Source of the DNA: Chthoniobacteraceae bacterium
GTDB taxonomy: Bacteria > Verrucomicrobiota > Verrucomicrobiia > Chthoniobacterales > Chthoniobacteraceae
Length of the DNA: 64,000 nt
Direction: 5' to 3'
Assembly (NCBI GenBank): GCA_040081625.1
Contig: JBEBGD010000010.1
Location: 31,665-95,664, forward strand
Shown: in pieces, positions 1 to 8,908 of the stretch
Numbering within the stretch: the first letter of the stretch is position 1
Layout: each line of letters opens with the position of its first letter
Notes under the pieces: model-generated
The model's input: the letters and a program-made list of their open reading frames with translations, nothing else
Told to the model about the DNA's origin: nothing
Database searches by the model: none
Position numbers and translations under genes: made by a program

Positions 1-2033
1 CCGTAGCCGTATGGCCCATAGACCGGCAGTCCGTCCGTGGCCCACGCGAGGATCGGCGAGTGTTTCGTCACCGCCGCGGCGCTCTCGGTGTAGGCGTTCG
101 TCGTCGGGTTGTAGTCCACGTGATCGCCGAGCTGATGGCGCAGGCCGATGGGCTGCGCGTGGTAGTGGTAGTTGTTGCCCGCTTGATGCGCGAGCGCCGG
201 ATCGAAGGTGACGCCTTCGTTGTGATACCCGTCGCGATTCCAGATGCCGTCGCCATTGAAGCCCCCGCCCGGTGTGGCGTCTGCGGCGTTGACGTTCGAG
301 TAGGAGAAGGCGTCGCGGCTGTCGAACATCGACACGCCATTGACCATCCGCCCCGTCGCGCCGAGGCCGGTGAGCGCCTTCGTCCCCGGGATCACCGGCA
401 CGCGCGGGAAGCGGAACGTCGTCGCGGTGTTCGAGGGGTAGTTTGGGAAGAGGGTCGTCTTCGCCGCATTCAAATACCACGGTCCCATCGTGTGACTCGC
501 GAGCCCGGTCGTGTGGATATACACCCAGGCGTCCGAGAAATCGACCTGGTGAACGTCCGCGTAGGTCGGTGCGTTCTGCTCGCCCGCGCCTCGGCTCCAC
601 GTGGTCGCGCTCGTGCCGCTGGTCTGGTCCGCGAGCGTCGGGTAGATGCGCGCGTATTCGCCGGTATTTGTGGTGAGCCACGACGAGACCAGCGGATCGT
701 GCGCCACGCCGCTTGCGGTGAAGTTTGCGACCTTCAGCTTCAGCGCCGCGTAAGCCGCCTGCGCGGCGTTGCTGATCGAGGCGCCGAGCAGGTTTGTCGT
801 TTGGTTCGTGTCCGTCGTAGTCAGGTAAAACTCCTCACGCCCGTCGTCGAACTGGATGAGCGTGTAGCCCGCCGCGTCCGTGATCGCGCGGCCCGAGACG
901 CTCAGCGCGAGGGTGCTGCTGAACGTCTGGCTGAACCCCGTGCGCTCGGTGTCGGTCGTGTTCGCAAGGATCGGCAGCAGGCTCACCGAGTCGATCGGGT
1001 TCGCCGGCGGCTGCGTCGCCTCCACGTCGATTCCCGCGAGTTCGAGGATCGTGGAGTAAATGTCCACGCAGTTCACCGGCACGGTGCTGTCGCGGTTCGG
1101 GCTCACGATCGACGGTCCCGCGATGATGAGCGGAACGCGCGTTCCGCCGTCGTAGAGCGTCTCCTTCGAGTGCGCGGCGTTGTAGGGCGTCTGAATCACG
1201 TTCATCGGCGTGCCGTTGTCGCCGATGAAGATGACGTGCGTCGTCGCGAGGCTCGCGTTGGGGCGAGCGAGGATGCGTCCGACTTCCGTATCGAGCGCCT
1301 CGCACATCGCCTCGTATTGGGTGCGATTAGTCGCCGGGCTGCCGTAGCTGTGCAAGCCGGCCGGCGGCACATGAAAGGGCGTGTGCGGTGCATTGAACGC
1401 CGCCCACGCGAACCACGGCCCGGTCTGCGCGTCGATGAACGCGATCGTGTCGTTGGCGATGTCGGTCGTCGCGTAGGTCGTCGATGCCGCCGACATGTTG
1501 TTCGTGATCTTCGTCCACGACGAGTAGTCCCCCAGCGCGCCGCTGATCGTGCCCGCGAAGTGCGGCCAGCCGCCGATCGTGCGCGGCGTGTCGTTCGTCC
1601 CGGCGCCCGCATTGAGGTGCCACTTGCCAAACATGGCCATCGCGTAGCCAGGCGCATTCGCCGTGAACGACTCCGGCAGCGTGAACTCGGAGGCCTGGAG
1701 CTGCGGGCTCGTCGCGCCCATGAGTTGCGCGCCGATCCCCGTGCGAAACGGATGCCGCCCCGTGAGCATCGAGGCCCGCGTCGGCGAGCACGTCGGGTTC
1801 GCGCGCGCATTCTTGAAAAGCACGCCGCTGTTCTTGAGCGCCGAGATGTTCGGCATCGGCGGCACCGACGCGCCGACGCCCGCGGTGAGCGGGAAGCTAT
1901 CCGCACCGAGATCGTCGGCGATGATGACGAGCACATTGTGCGGCTGTGCCGTCGCGCGCGCACATAGCAATGCAAACAGCACTGCCGAAAAGCAGATGGC
2001 GACGCGAGACGAGACGGAAATGGGGGGAACCAT
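1..2033 (-). CDS. Secreted sulfatase fused to a C-terminal YHYH domain; 3' end runs off the window start
   Basis: Absent from the ORF track because it has no stop inside the window; translated by hand. Signal peptide MVPPISVSSRVAICFSAVLFALLCARATAQ, then NVLVIIADDLG, CSPTRASMLTGR (formylglycine motif) and GKWHL. The C-terminal part reads NNYHYHAQP...HSPILAWATDGLPVYGPYGY. An alternative in-frame ATG lies at 2045. Confidence 0.9.
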   Translation of the reverse strand, partial: MVPPISVSSRVAICFSAVLFALLCARATAQPHNVLVIIADDLGADSFPLTAGVGASVPPMPNISALKNSGVLFKNARANPTCSPTRASMLTGRHPFRTGIGAQLMGATSPQLQASEFTLPESFTANAPGYAMAMFGKWHLNAGAGTNDTPRTIGGWPHFAGTISGALGDYSSWTKITNNMSAASTTYATTDIANDTIAFIDAQTGPWFAWAAFNAPHTPFHVPPAGLHSYGSPATNRTQYEAMCEALDTEVGRILARPNASLATTHVIFIGDNGTPMNVIQTPYNAAHSKETLYDGGTRVPLIIAGPSIVSPNRDSTVPVNCVDIYSTILELAGIDVEATQPPANPIDSVSLLPILANTTDTERTGFSQTFSSTLALSVSGRAITDAAGYTLIQFDDGREEFYLTTTDTNQTTNLLGASISNAAQAAYAALKLKVANFTASGVAHDPLVSSWLTTNTGEYARIYPTLADQTSGTSATTWSRGAGEQNAPTYADVHQVDFSDAWVYIHTTGLASHTMGPWYLNAAKTTLFPNYPSNTATTFRFPRVPVIPGTKALTGLGATGRMVNGVSMFDSRDAFSYSNVNAADATPGGGFNGDGIWNRDGYHNEGVTFDPALAHQAGNNYHYHAQPIGLRHQLGDHVDYNPTTNAYTESAAAVTKHSPILAWATDGLPVYGPYGY

Positions 2034-2155
2034 GGCGTGGAGCATGGCACGAAGAACCCTGCGCAAGAACCCCGGTTTGCAGCAGAATTGTAAGGGATTG
2101 GTAAAGGCGGGGCATGGCGAAGTGGCCGCGACGGCGCGTCGCAGCCACCCGGGCG

Positions 2156-3100
2156 CTACTTCGCGGGCGCGCAGAGTTTCACCATCGCTTTGCCGAGTGC
2201 GTCGCCGACGAGGAAATACGTCTCCGCATTTCCAAACTCGTGATGCCCGTGGCCGGGATTCGGGGAGTCCTCGGGCTTGCGGACGAAGTCGTGCGTCGGC
2301 ACGAAGACGACGCTGCCCGCAAACTCCGGTCGCGCCGCTGCCGCCGCCTGCGCCTTGCGCAGCGTGGCCCATGCGCCGGGCGCCTCGACCCACGGGCCGG
2401 TGAGTTCGCCGATGACCACCGGGAGCTTTGGCGCGGCGAATTCCTTCCGCACATCGCGGATCAGGTTCACGAGATTCTGTTCGTATTCCGGCACGGCGTT
2501 CTTCGGGTCCACGCCGTCGTTCCAGCCGTGATACCACACGAAGCCCGCCAGCTCGTAGCCGCGGCCTTTCGTGGCGGGAAAATCCTTTTCCATGGCGTCG
2601 ATCGCGTCGAGCACCTGCAGGATCATGAACGTGTAGTATTTGCCCATCTCGCCGCCCGATGACGGCGGGCGAAAGTCGCGGAACAAACTCTTCCCGCCCC
2701 ACGCGGTCTTGATGAGCAGCACCGGGTTTTCAAAATGATCGCCCACGACGTGTCCGAACTGCAGCTCCGGGCCGAAGTGCCCCTTGTCGCCATAGACGGA
2801 GAACCCCACGCCGAGCGGCCCGGCGAGCATCGGCCCGCGTTCGCGCTCGTAGCGCACCCACACGTCGTTGCGCACCGTCCACTTCCCGTCCGCGCCCATG
2901 AGATGCCGAAGTATCGGCGCCTTCGCCGGGTCGCGCAGGAGCGCCGCGAGCGTGCCTTTGCCCTCGTTGTAATTCCTCCCCGTCAGATCCACGACCGCCT
3001 GGCCTTCCATGTTCGATTGCCCGGCGAGGATGAAGACCTTCACCGGCGTAGCGGCGAGGGAGGATGTGGCGAGTAGCGCGAGGAGGAGTGTGGGTTTCAC
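2156..3100 (-). CDS. Sialate O-acetylesterase-like (SASA/SGNH) carbohydrate esterase
   Basis: Signal peptide; KVFILAGQSNMEG, FGPELQFG, LIKTAWGGKSL, GFVWYHGWND. Confidence 0.88.
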   Translation of the reverse strand: MKPTLLLALLATSSLAATPVKVFILAGQSNMEGQAVVDLTGRNYNEGKGTLAALLRDPAKAPILRHLMGADGKWTVRNDVWVRYERERGPMLAGPLGVGFSVYGDKGHFGPELQFGHVVGDHFENPVLLIKTAWGGKSLFRDFRPPSSGGEMGKYYTFMILQVLDAIDAMEKDFPATKGRGYELAGFVWYHGWNDGVDPKNAVPEYEQNLVNLIRDVRKEFAAPKLPVVIGELTGPWVEAPGAWATLRKAQAAAAARPEFAGSVVFVPTHDFVRKPEDSPNPGHGHHEFGNAETYFLVGDALGKAMVKLCAPAK

Positions 3101-3159
3101 GGAGCGGATTGTTTCATGGATGGACGGTCTTGGCGATATCGCGCTAAATCGCGCCTCGC

Positions 3160-4695
3160 ATGAAAAACCTCAGCCTTCTCCTCGCGCTCGCGCTGCTCGC
3201 CACCACGGCCTTCGCCGCGAAGCCGCCGAACATCCTCTTCATCTACGCCGACGACCAGAGCACGAAGACGGTCGGCTGCTATCCGGAGTCCTTCCCGTGG
3301 GTGAAGACGCCGAACATCGACGCCCTTGCGGCGACGGGTGTGCGCTTCCACGGCGCTTATCTCGGCTCGTGGTGCATGCCTTCGCGCGCGGCGCTGCTCA
3401 CGGGGCACTGGCCGCATGGGATCGAGTCGATGACGATGGCGGGCAAGTATCCGGGCAGCACTTACGATCCGAAGCAGTGCCAGTTTTGGCCGAAGGTCTT
3501 CCGCGAGCGCGGCTACACGACGGCGCAGATCGGCAAGTGGCACACGGGCGAGGACGCGGGCTGGGGGCGCGATTGGGATCACCAGATCGTGTGGAACCGG
3601 CCGAAGCATCCCGACAATGCCGGCGCGTATTACGAGAAGCAGATCCTCGCGATCGATGGCGTGGAGAAGGAGGTCGATGGCTATCCGGCGGACAATTACA
3701 CGAAGTGGGCGGAGGAGTTCGTGCGCGGCGCAAAGCGCGCCCCGAACAAGCCGTGGTATCTCTGGCTCTGCTACGGCAACATCCACGGGCCGTGGAAACC
3801 CGCCGACCGGCACAAGGGCAAATACGCCGGCGCCGAGGTGCCGATTCCCGCGGACATCCTGCCGCCGCGTCCGGGCAAGCCGGAGTATCTCAACAAGACG
3901 CAGGCCTGGTCGCGGACGAAGGACGGTCGGATCGTCGCGGGCAAAAGCGGCGAGGCTTTCGGCGACGAAGCGGGCAAGGGCGGCAAGGAATTCACTGACT
4001 GGGTGCGGCAGGTGAATGAATGCCTGCTCTCGGTCGATGACGGCGTGGGCGCGCTGCTCAAGGCGCTGCGCGAGACCGGCCAGCTCGAGAATACGCTCGT
4101 CATTTACTCCGCCGACCAGGGCTTCGCGATGGGCGAGCACGGCTTCCGCACGAAGCTCGGGCCTTACGATGCGAACTATCGCTCGCCATTCATCGCCTCG
4201 ATGCCCGGCACGATCCCGGCGGGGAAATTCTGCCCGCAGGTGATCGGCAGCCCGGACGTGATCGCGACGTTCTTCGCCTTCGCGGGCCTCGATCTGCCGT
4301 GGAAGATGCACGGGCGCGACCTCACGCCGCTGCTGCGTGATCCCGCCGCCGCGTGGCCGTATCCCTGCCTCTACGAACACACGGGCGACAACTACGGCAG
4401 CGAGATCGCGAAGATGCTGCGCGAGAATCCGAAGGGCGCCGTCCACAAGGCCGGCGTGCCGTGGTATGACGCCGTGGTCGTCGATGGCTGGAAATACGTT
4501 CGCTACCTGCGCGGCACCGACGGCGAGGAGCTCTACGACTTGCGCGGCGATCCCGACGAGCTGAAGAACCTCGCGTCTTCACCCGACCAGCGCGAGCGGA
4601 TGGAGAAGCTGCGCGGCGTGCTGATCGCCGAACTGAGACGCACCGGCGCGGCGTATGCGGATTTGCTGGCAACTCCGGCGGGCGTTGCGCGTTGA
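3160..4695 (+). CDS. Sulfatase (Cys-type), secreted
   Basis: PNILFIYADDQ, CMPSRAALLTG, GKWH, YSADQG, ELYDLRGDPDE. Confidence 0.93.
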   Translation: MKNLSLLLALALLATTAFAAKPPNILFIYADDQSTKTVGCYPESFPWVKTPNIDALAATGVRFHGAYLGSWCMPSRAALLTGHWPHGIESMTMAGKYPGSTYDPKQCQFWPKVFRERGYTTAQIGKWHTGEDAGWGRDWDHQIVWNRPKHPDNAGAYYEKQILAIDGVEKEVDGYPADNYTKWAEEFVRGAKRAPNKPWYLWLCYGNIHGPWKPADRHKGKYAGAEVPIPADILPPRPGKPEYLNKTQAWSRTKDGRIVAGKSGEAFGDEAGKGGKEFTDWVRQVNECLLSVDDGVGALLKALRETGQLENTLVIYSADQGFAMGEHGFRTKLGPYDANYRSPFIASMPGTIPAGKFCPQVIGSPDVIATFFAFAGLDLPWKMHGRDLTPLLRDPAAAWPYPCLYEHTGDNYGSEIAKMLRENPKGAVHKAGVPWYDAVVVDGWKYVRYLRGTDGEELYDLRGDPDELKNLASSPDQRERMEKLRGVLIAELRRTGAAYADLLATPAGVAR

Positions 4696-4705
4696 ACCGC
4701 GCGCC

Positions 4706-6025
4706 ATGATCTTCCGCATCTGCTTCGCCGCCGCACTTCTCACCATCGCCCGCGCCGACGACTGGCCGCAGTGGCTCGGGCCGCAGCGCGACGGCGTGTG
4801 GCGCGAGACGGGGATCATCGGGAAATTTCCCGCCGACGGCCCGAAGGTCCGCTGGCGTGCGCCGATCGGCGCCGGTTACACGGGGCCGGCCGTCGCGGAC
4901 GGGCGCGTGTATGTGATGGATCGCACGCTCGCGCCCGGCGCCACGAATCCGCGCAGCGCGTTCGCGCGGCGCGGCGAAGTGCCCGGCAACGAGCGCGTGC
5001 TCTGCCTGAACGAAGCCGACGGCAAGATCGTGTGGCAGCACGAATACGAGTGCCCTTACACCGTGAGCTACGGTTCGGGCCCGCGCGTGACTCCGCTCGT
5101 GAGCGGCGGCCGCGTGTGGACGGTCGGCGCGGAGGGCCATCTGTTCTGCTTCGACGCGAAGGACGGCAAGGTCATCTGGTCGCGCGATTTCAAGAAGGAC
5201 TACGGGGTGAAGACGCCGACGTGGGGCTTCGCGGGACATCCGCTGCTCGACGGCCAGCAGCTCATCTGCCTCGTCGGCGGCGAAGGCAGCGTGGTCGTTT
5301 CTTTCGACAAGGACACGGGCAAGGAACTATGGCGGGCGCTGAGCGCGCGCGAGCCGGGTTACTGCCCGCCGACGATGGTCGAGGTGAAGGGCAAACCGCA
5401 GCTCGTCGTGTGGCACGCGGAGGCGGTGAACGTGCTCGAACCCGCGACGGGCAAAGTGCTGTGGACCTACCCGTGGGCGATCCGCGCGGGCTTGAGCCTC
5501 GCGCAGCCGCGGCAGGTGGGCGATCTGCTCTTCGTCAGCGCATTCTATAATGGGTCGCGCCTATTCCGCCTCGGCGGCACGGCGCCGGAAGTGGTGTGGC
5601 AGACCGACAAGCCGAGCGAAAAGGAAACCACGCATCTCAACTGCCTGATGAGCACGCCCGTCATCGACGCCGGCACGATCTACGGCGTGTGCAGCTACGG
5701 GCAGCTCCGGGCGCTGAAATTGGAGACCGGTGAGCGGCTGTGGGAGACCTTCGCGGCCACGAACCCCGAAGGCCCGGTGCGCTGGGGCAATGCGTTCATC
5801 GTCAAGCAAGGCGACCGCTACTTCCTCGCGAACGAAAAGGGCGACCTCATCATCGCGCGGCTCACGCCGAAGGGCTACGAAGAGATCAGCCGCACGCGCC
5901 TGCTCGAGCCGACCAACCACGACGCGCGCCGCCCTGTCGTCTGGTCGCACCCGGCCTTCGCAAACCGCAGCGTCTGTGCGCGCAACGATCGCGAGATCGT
6001 GTGCTGGTCCCTGGCGGGGGAGTAG
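4706..6025 (+). CDS. PQQ-like (BamB-type) beta-propeller repeat protein
   Basis: Signal peptide then DDWPQWLGPQRDG; repeated DAKDGKVIW/DKDTGKELW motifs; ends WSHPAFANRSVCARNDREIVCWSL. Start moved to the ATG at 4706. Confidence 0.88.
   Translation: MIFRICFAAALLTIARADDWPQWLGPQRDGVWRETGIIGKFPADGPKVRWRAPIGAGYTGPAVADGRVYVMDRTLAPGATNPRSAFARRGEVPGNERVLCLNEADGKIVWQHEYECPYTVSYGSGPRVTPLVSGGRVWTVGAEGHLFCFDAKDGKVIWSRDFKKDYGVKTPTWGFAGHPLLDGQQLICLVGGEGSVVVSFDKDTGKELWRALSAREPGYCPPTMVEVKGKPQLVVWHAEAVNVLEPATGKVLWTYPWAIRAGLSLAQPRQVGDLLFVSAFYNGSRLFRLGGTAPEVVWQTDKPSEKETTHLNCLMSTPVIDAGTIYGVCSYGQLRALKLETGERLWETFAATNPEGPVRWGNAFIVKQGDRYFLANEKGDLIIARLTPKGYEEISRTRLLEPTNHDARRPVVWSHPAFANRSVCARNDREIVCWSLAGE
5977..6023 (+). 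repeat. Direct repeat copy 1 (47 bp, the 3' end of the PQQ-like gene)
   Basis: tgcgcgcaacgatcgcgagatcgtgtgctggtccctggcgggggagt; 46/47 identical to 6788-6834. Confidence 0.95.
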
Positions 6026-6075
6026 CGGCGGACGCTCGACACCGGGCGCGCGAGTCGATAGACGGCTTGCTCAGC

Positions 6076-6759
6076 ATGGAGACGAAATTTGACTTCAGAA
6101 GCTGGAAGAAATGGGTCGCTGGAAAGGGCGTGCGCTTTCCCGCCCCTCGTGAGTGGGCTCGTCGCAGCTATCTGGTGGGGGATGGAGTGCGGAAGGAACT
6201 GGAACGGCGTGGACTACTGTTCCCGGGCCGATTGCCCAGGGGCGTGCGTCTTCCACCGACGACGAATGATGCTCGCACCGACAGCTTCGTGCGCGACATG
6301 ACAATCCTCGGCGTGCGTTGGCCGGTGGCCCGCGATGATCTGCGACTCTATCGAGGCAGAACCGACCGGGTTGTGCGAATCCTGATCGAGCATGGGCTGA
6401 TCGTCGAGCCGGAGATCTACGACGGGACCCTGGTGCCCACGCAGGTGCGCGCGCTGGAAGCGTTGGGCATCACGAGCAAGCACGAGTTTCGCGAGTGGGT
6501 CACCGAAAACGACCCCGAAGAGCTGCGCAAGTATCGCAACGTCGGCCAGCACAGCATCGAGAGACTGATGAGGTGGGCCTTCGGCAACGAAGCGCCGCAG
6601 GTGAAGCGCGGCCTCACCGTCCGCGTGTCGCCCGATACGATAAAAGGCCTGGAGAGACTCCGCACCGACCGCGGCTTTTCGAGCCACGACGAGACGATCG
6701 AGGCTTTGGTCGCCGACGCGTTGCGCGCCGGCGGACCCGGGCCGGAGATGAGGATGTGA
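6076..6759 (+). CDS. Hypothetical DNA-binding protein with an RNAP alpha-CTD/HhH-like segment and a C-terminal ribbon-helix-helix-like segment
   Basis: LVPTQVRALEALGITS...ELRKYRNVGQHSIERL resembles the alpha-CTD pattern. LTVRVSPDTIKGLERLRTDRGFSSHDETIEALV resembles CopG/RHH. ATG at 6076. Confidence 0.6.
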   Translation: METKFDFRSWKKWVAGKGVRFPAPREWARRSYLVGDGVRKELERRGLLFPGRLPRGVRLPPTTNDARTDSFVRDMTILGVRWPVARDDLRLYRGRTDRVVRILIEHGLIVEPEIYDGTLVPTQVRALEALGITSKHEFREWVTENDPEELRKYRNVGQHSIERLMRWAFGNEAPQVKRGLTVRVSPDTIKGLERLRTDRGFSSHDETIEALVADALRAGGPGPEMRM

Positions 6760-6787
6760 GCTCCTGTGTAGCAGACCGCTCCGCGTA

Positions 6788-6834
6788 TGCGCGCAACGAT
6801 CGCGAGATCGTGTGCTGGTCGCTGGCGGGGGAGT
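6788..6834 (+). repeat. Direct repeat copy 2 (displaced 3' end of the PQQ-like gene)
   Basis: tgcgcgcaacgatcgcgagatcgtgtgctggtcgctggcgggggagt; encodes ARNDREIVCWSLAGE followed by TGA. Confidence 0.95.
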
Positions 6835-6983
6835 GAGCAGGATTGCGGTTGGTAATCGTCGTCATTTCTGACACCATGCGCGCTGCGTTCTCCCGCGATG
6901 AAAAAGAAAGCCGCAAGAACCTCACACCGATCTATCGCAAAGCGCTTCAGCGCAAAAAGGCGACGCTCGCACGCAAAGGCGGG

Positions 6984-7535
6984 ATGAAGCGGACCAAGGC
7001 GCCTCGTCGTAGGCAGCCGATCCGAAAAGCGCGGCGCACGACCACAAAAGCGAAGGCGAATCACCACAATACGAACGGCTCAGCCGTGGTGCGTGAAGAC
7101 CCGGTAGAATACGCCACAACGCTCTGTCGCATCGAGCCCGTGGCGTTCAGCACGGTCGATCTCTTCTGCGGCGCTGGCGGAATCACCGAAGGATTCCGGC
7201 GCGCGGGTTTCGGCTGCCTCTACGCGAACGACATCAACCCCTCCGCCGTCGAAACTTTTCGCGCGAACCATCCGCAAACGAGGGCGGAGAATCGTCCGAT
7301 TGAACAAGTGGACGCAGCAGCGCTGCGTCGTTCGCTGAACTTGCGTGCGGGGGATCTCGACGTGCTCGTTGGTGGCCCGCCGTGCCAGGGATTCTCGATC
7401 AATGCGCCCGAGCGGTTCCTCCACGACCCGAGAAATGTATTGTTCAAGCACTACGTGCGCTTCCTCGAGGAATTCCAGCCGAAGACGCTGCTCATCGAGA
7501 ACGTGCCTGGGATGCTGTCGCTCTTAGCCGCATGA
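6984..7535 (+). pseudogene. dcm: Truncated DNA cytosine-C5 methyltransferase (N-terminal motifs I-VI only)
   Basis: VDLFCGAGG (I), GGPPCQGFS (IV) and IENVPGM (VI), then a stop a few codons later; motifs VIII-X and the TRD are absent. Start uncertain (6876 or 6984). Confidence 0.85.
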
Positions 7536-8038
7536 TGCAGTTTCAGTTTTTTCCACGATCAGTCGGTCTGACGGAGCCAATTGCGGCGGTCGTTGAATGC
7601 TTTCGCCGCGCAGAAAAGGATATCGGTTCTGCGAGCCACAAACTTTCGAGCGATGCAGTGCTGAAAATTGTCCGCCCGCATCTCGTTCACGCCGGCTATC
7701 GTGTAGAGGCAGGAAAACATCGGGATCAGAAGATCAAGGTTCCGGTGCTCTTCGGGCTAAACAACGTCATTGATAAGTTCTTTGATGCTGATGCGATCAG
7801 CGCGGACGGGAAGGTGGTCGTGGAGATCGAAGCTGGACGCGCGTTGGACAACTTTCAGTTCTTAAAAGACATCTTCCAAGCGAGTCTCATGTGCGGAGTC
7901 GAGTATCTCGTCATCGCAGTCCGCAACCGTTATCGTGCGCAGAACACCTTCGACCGGATCGCTACCTTTTTGGAAACACTCTACGTCAGCAATCGGATAC
8001 GCCTCCCGCTTCACGGCATCTTGCTTATCGGCTACTAA
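7532..8038 (+). CDS. Putative PD-(D/E)xK restriction-endonuclease-like protein
   Basis: FDADA...VVVEIEAGRA..N.QFLKD arrangement; ATG 7532 overlaps the dcm stop (ATGA); visibly lower GC than the flanks. Confidence 0.6.
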   Translation: MMQFQFFPRSVGLTEPIAAVVECFRRAEKDIGSASHKLSSDAVLKIVRPHLVHAGYRVEAGKHRDQKIKVPVLFGLNNVIDKFFDADAISADGKVVVEIEAGRALDNFQFLKDIFQASLMCGVEYLVIAVRNRYRAQNTFDRIATFLETLYVSNRIRLPLHGILLIGY

Positions 8039-8050
8039 CCACACTGCACA

Positions 8051-8350
8051 ATGAAACTCCGCACCACCGTTTGGACGCTTTCATGGGATACTGATACAGG
8101 CACCGATTGCCGCGTGTTCGGGTCGCAGGCTGAGTGGTTCGCGTTCTTTCGTGGGGTCATCGAATCTTCCATCCGCGACATCCATACCTCCAAGGCAGAT
8201 GCCATCCGTGCTGCGCTCGTTCAACGCGAGGTGGGGCTTGCCTATGAGCTTTGGCAGCAAAGCTACAAACCCCAACTCGACACCTACAACTGGGTCTCAC
8301 ACGAGCTAGACGTCGAAGTGTCGCCAGTGGCGGCATTGGTTCGCGACTGA
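8051..8350 (+). CDS. Hypothetical protein (99 aa)
   Basis: Clean ORF 12 bp after the previous gene with protein-like composition; no recognised motif. Confidence 0.55.
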   Translation: MKLRTTVWTLSWDTDTGTDCRVFGSQAEWFAFFRGVIESSIRDIHTSKADAIRAALVQREVGLAYELWQQSYKPQLDTYNWVSHELDVEVSPVAALVRD

Positions 8351-8361
8351 TTGACGTTTCC

Positions 8362-8447
8362 AGCCCGGAGGGCTGACGGAAATTAGCCGGTGGCGCCAGC
8401 CACCGGATTTCATCGCAAAAGAGCGTGCGCCCCGGAGGGGCGCCGGA
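8362..8447 (+). repeat. Left REP-like arm
   Basis: Hairpin agccc-gga-gggct; core gacggaaattagccggtggcgccagccaccggat; hairpin gcgcccc-gga-ggggcgc. Confidence 0.85.
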
Positions 8448-8458
8448 AAGGATGCGCC

Positions 8459-8905
8459 ATGCCGTCCACCCATCTCGCGCTGCACTATCACGTCATTTTC
8501 AGCACCAAAGACCGCGAGCCAATCATCGCTACGTCATGGCGCGAGCGCCTGCACGCCTACCTCGGTGGTGTCATTCGCAATGTCGATGGCGTGCCGGAGG
8601 CAGTCGGCGGCGTCGCGGATCACGTGCATCTGCTCATCGGGCTGCGCGCTACGCACTGCCTTGCGGATGTCGTGCGGGATGTGAAGGCGATCTCCTCCCG
8701 ATGGGTTCACGACGAGATGCGCATTGCAGCGTTTGCTTGGCAGGAGGGCTACGGCGCATTCACGGTTAGTCCGTCGCAGCGCGACGCCGTGCGCGAATAC
8801 ATTGCAGCGCAGGAGGAGCATCATCGGCAACGAACATTTCACGAAGAATACATCGAGTTTCTGCGGCGCAGCGGCGTCGAGTTTGATGAGCGGTTCTTGT
8901 GGTGA
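8459..8905 (+). CDS. tnpA: IS200/IS605-family Y1 (HUH) transposase, TnpA/RAYT-like
   Basis: MPSTHLALHYHVIFSTKDR, DHVHLLI (HUH), FAWQEGYGAFTVS, VREYIAAQEEHH. Confidence 0.93.
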   Translation: MPSTHLALHYHVIFSTKDREPIIATSWRERLHAYLGGVIRNVDGVPEAVGGVADHVHLLIGLRATHCLADVVRDVKAISSRWVHDEMRIAAFAWQEGYGAFTVSPSQRDAVREYIAAQEEHHRQRTFHEEYIEFLRRSGVEFDERFLW

Positions 8906-8908
8906 CGT

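Noticed and set aside
60..1967. Long plus-strand ORF of 635 aa, and similar long antisense ORFs (15910-18201, 36532-38634, 43593-45572, 60341-63847)
   Set aside because: These are Arg/Ala-rich shadow frames opposite real high-GC3 genes and carry no motifs.
4706..6025. PQQ-dependent dehydrogenase or true BamB
   Set aside because: Only generic propeller repeats are visible, with no lipobox or dehydrogenase catalytic signatures. The family is highly expanded in PVC bacteria.
5977..6834. Integron cassette (attC sites)
   Set aside because: The repeats are direct copies of coding sequence, lack RYYYAAC/GTTRRRY ends, and no intI is present.
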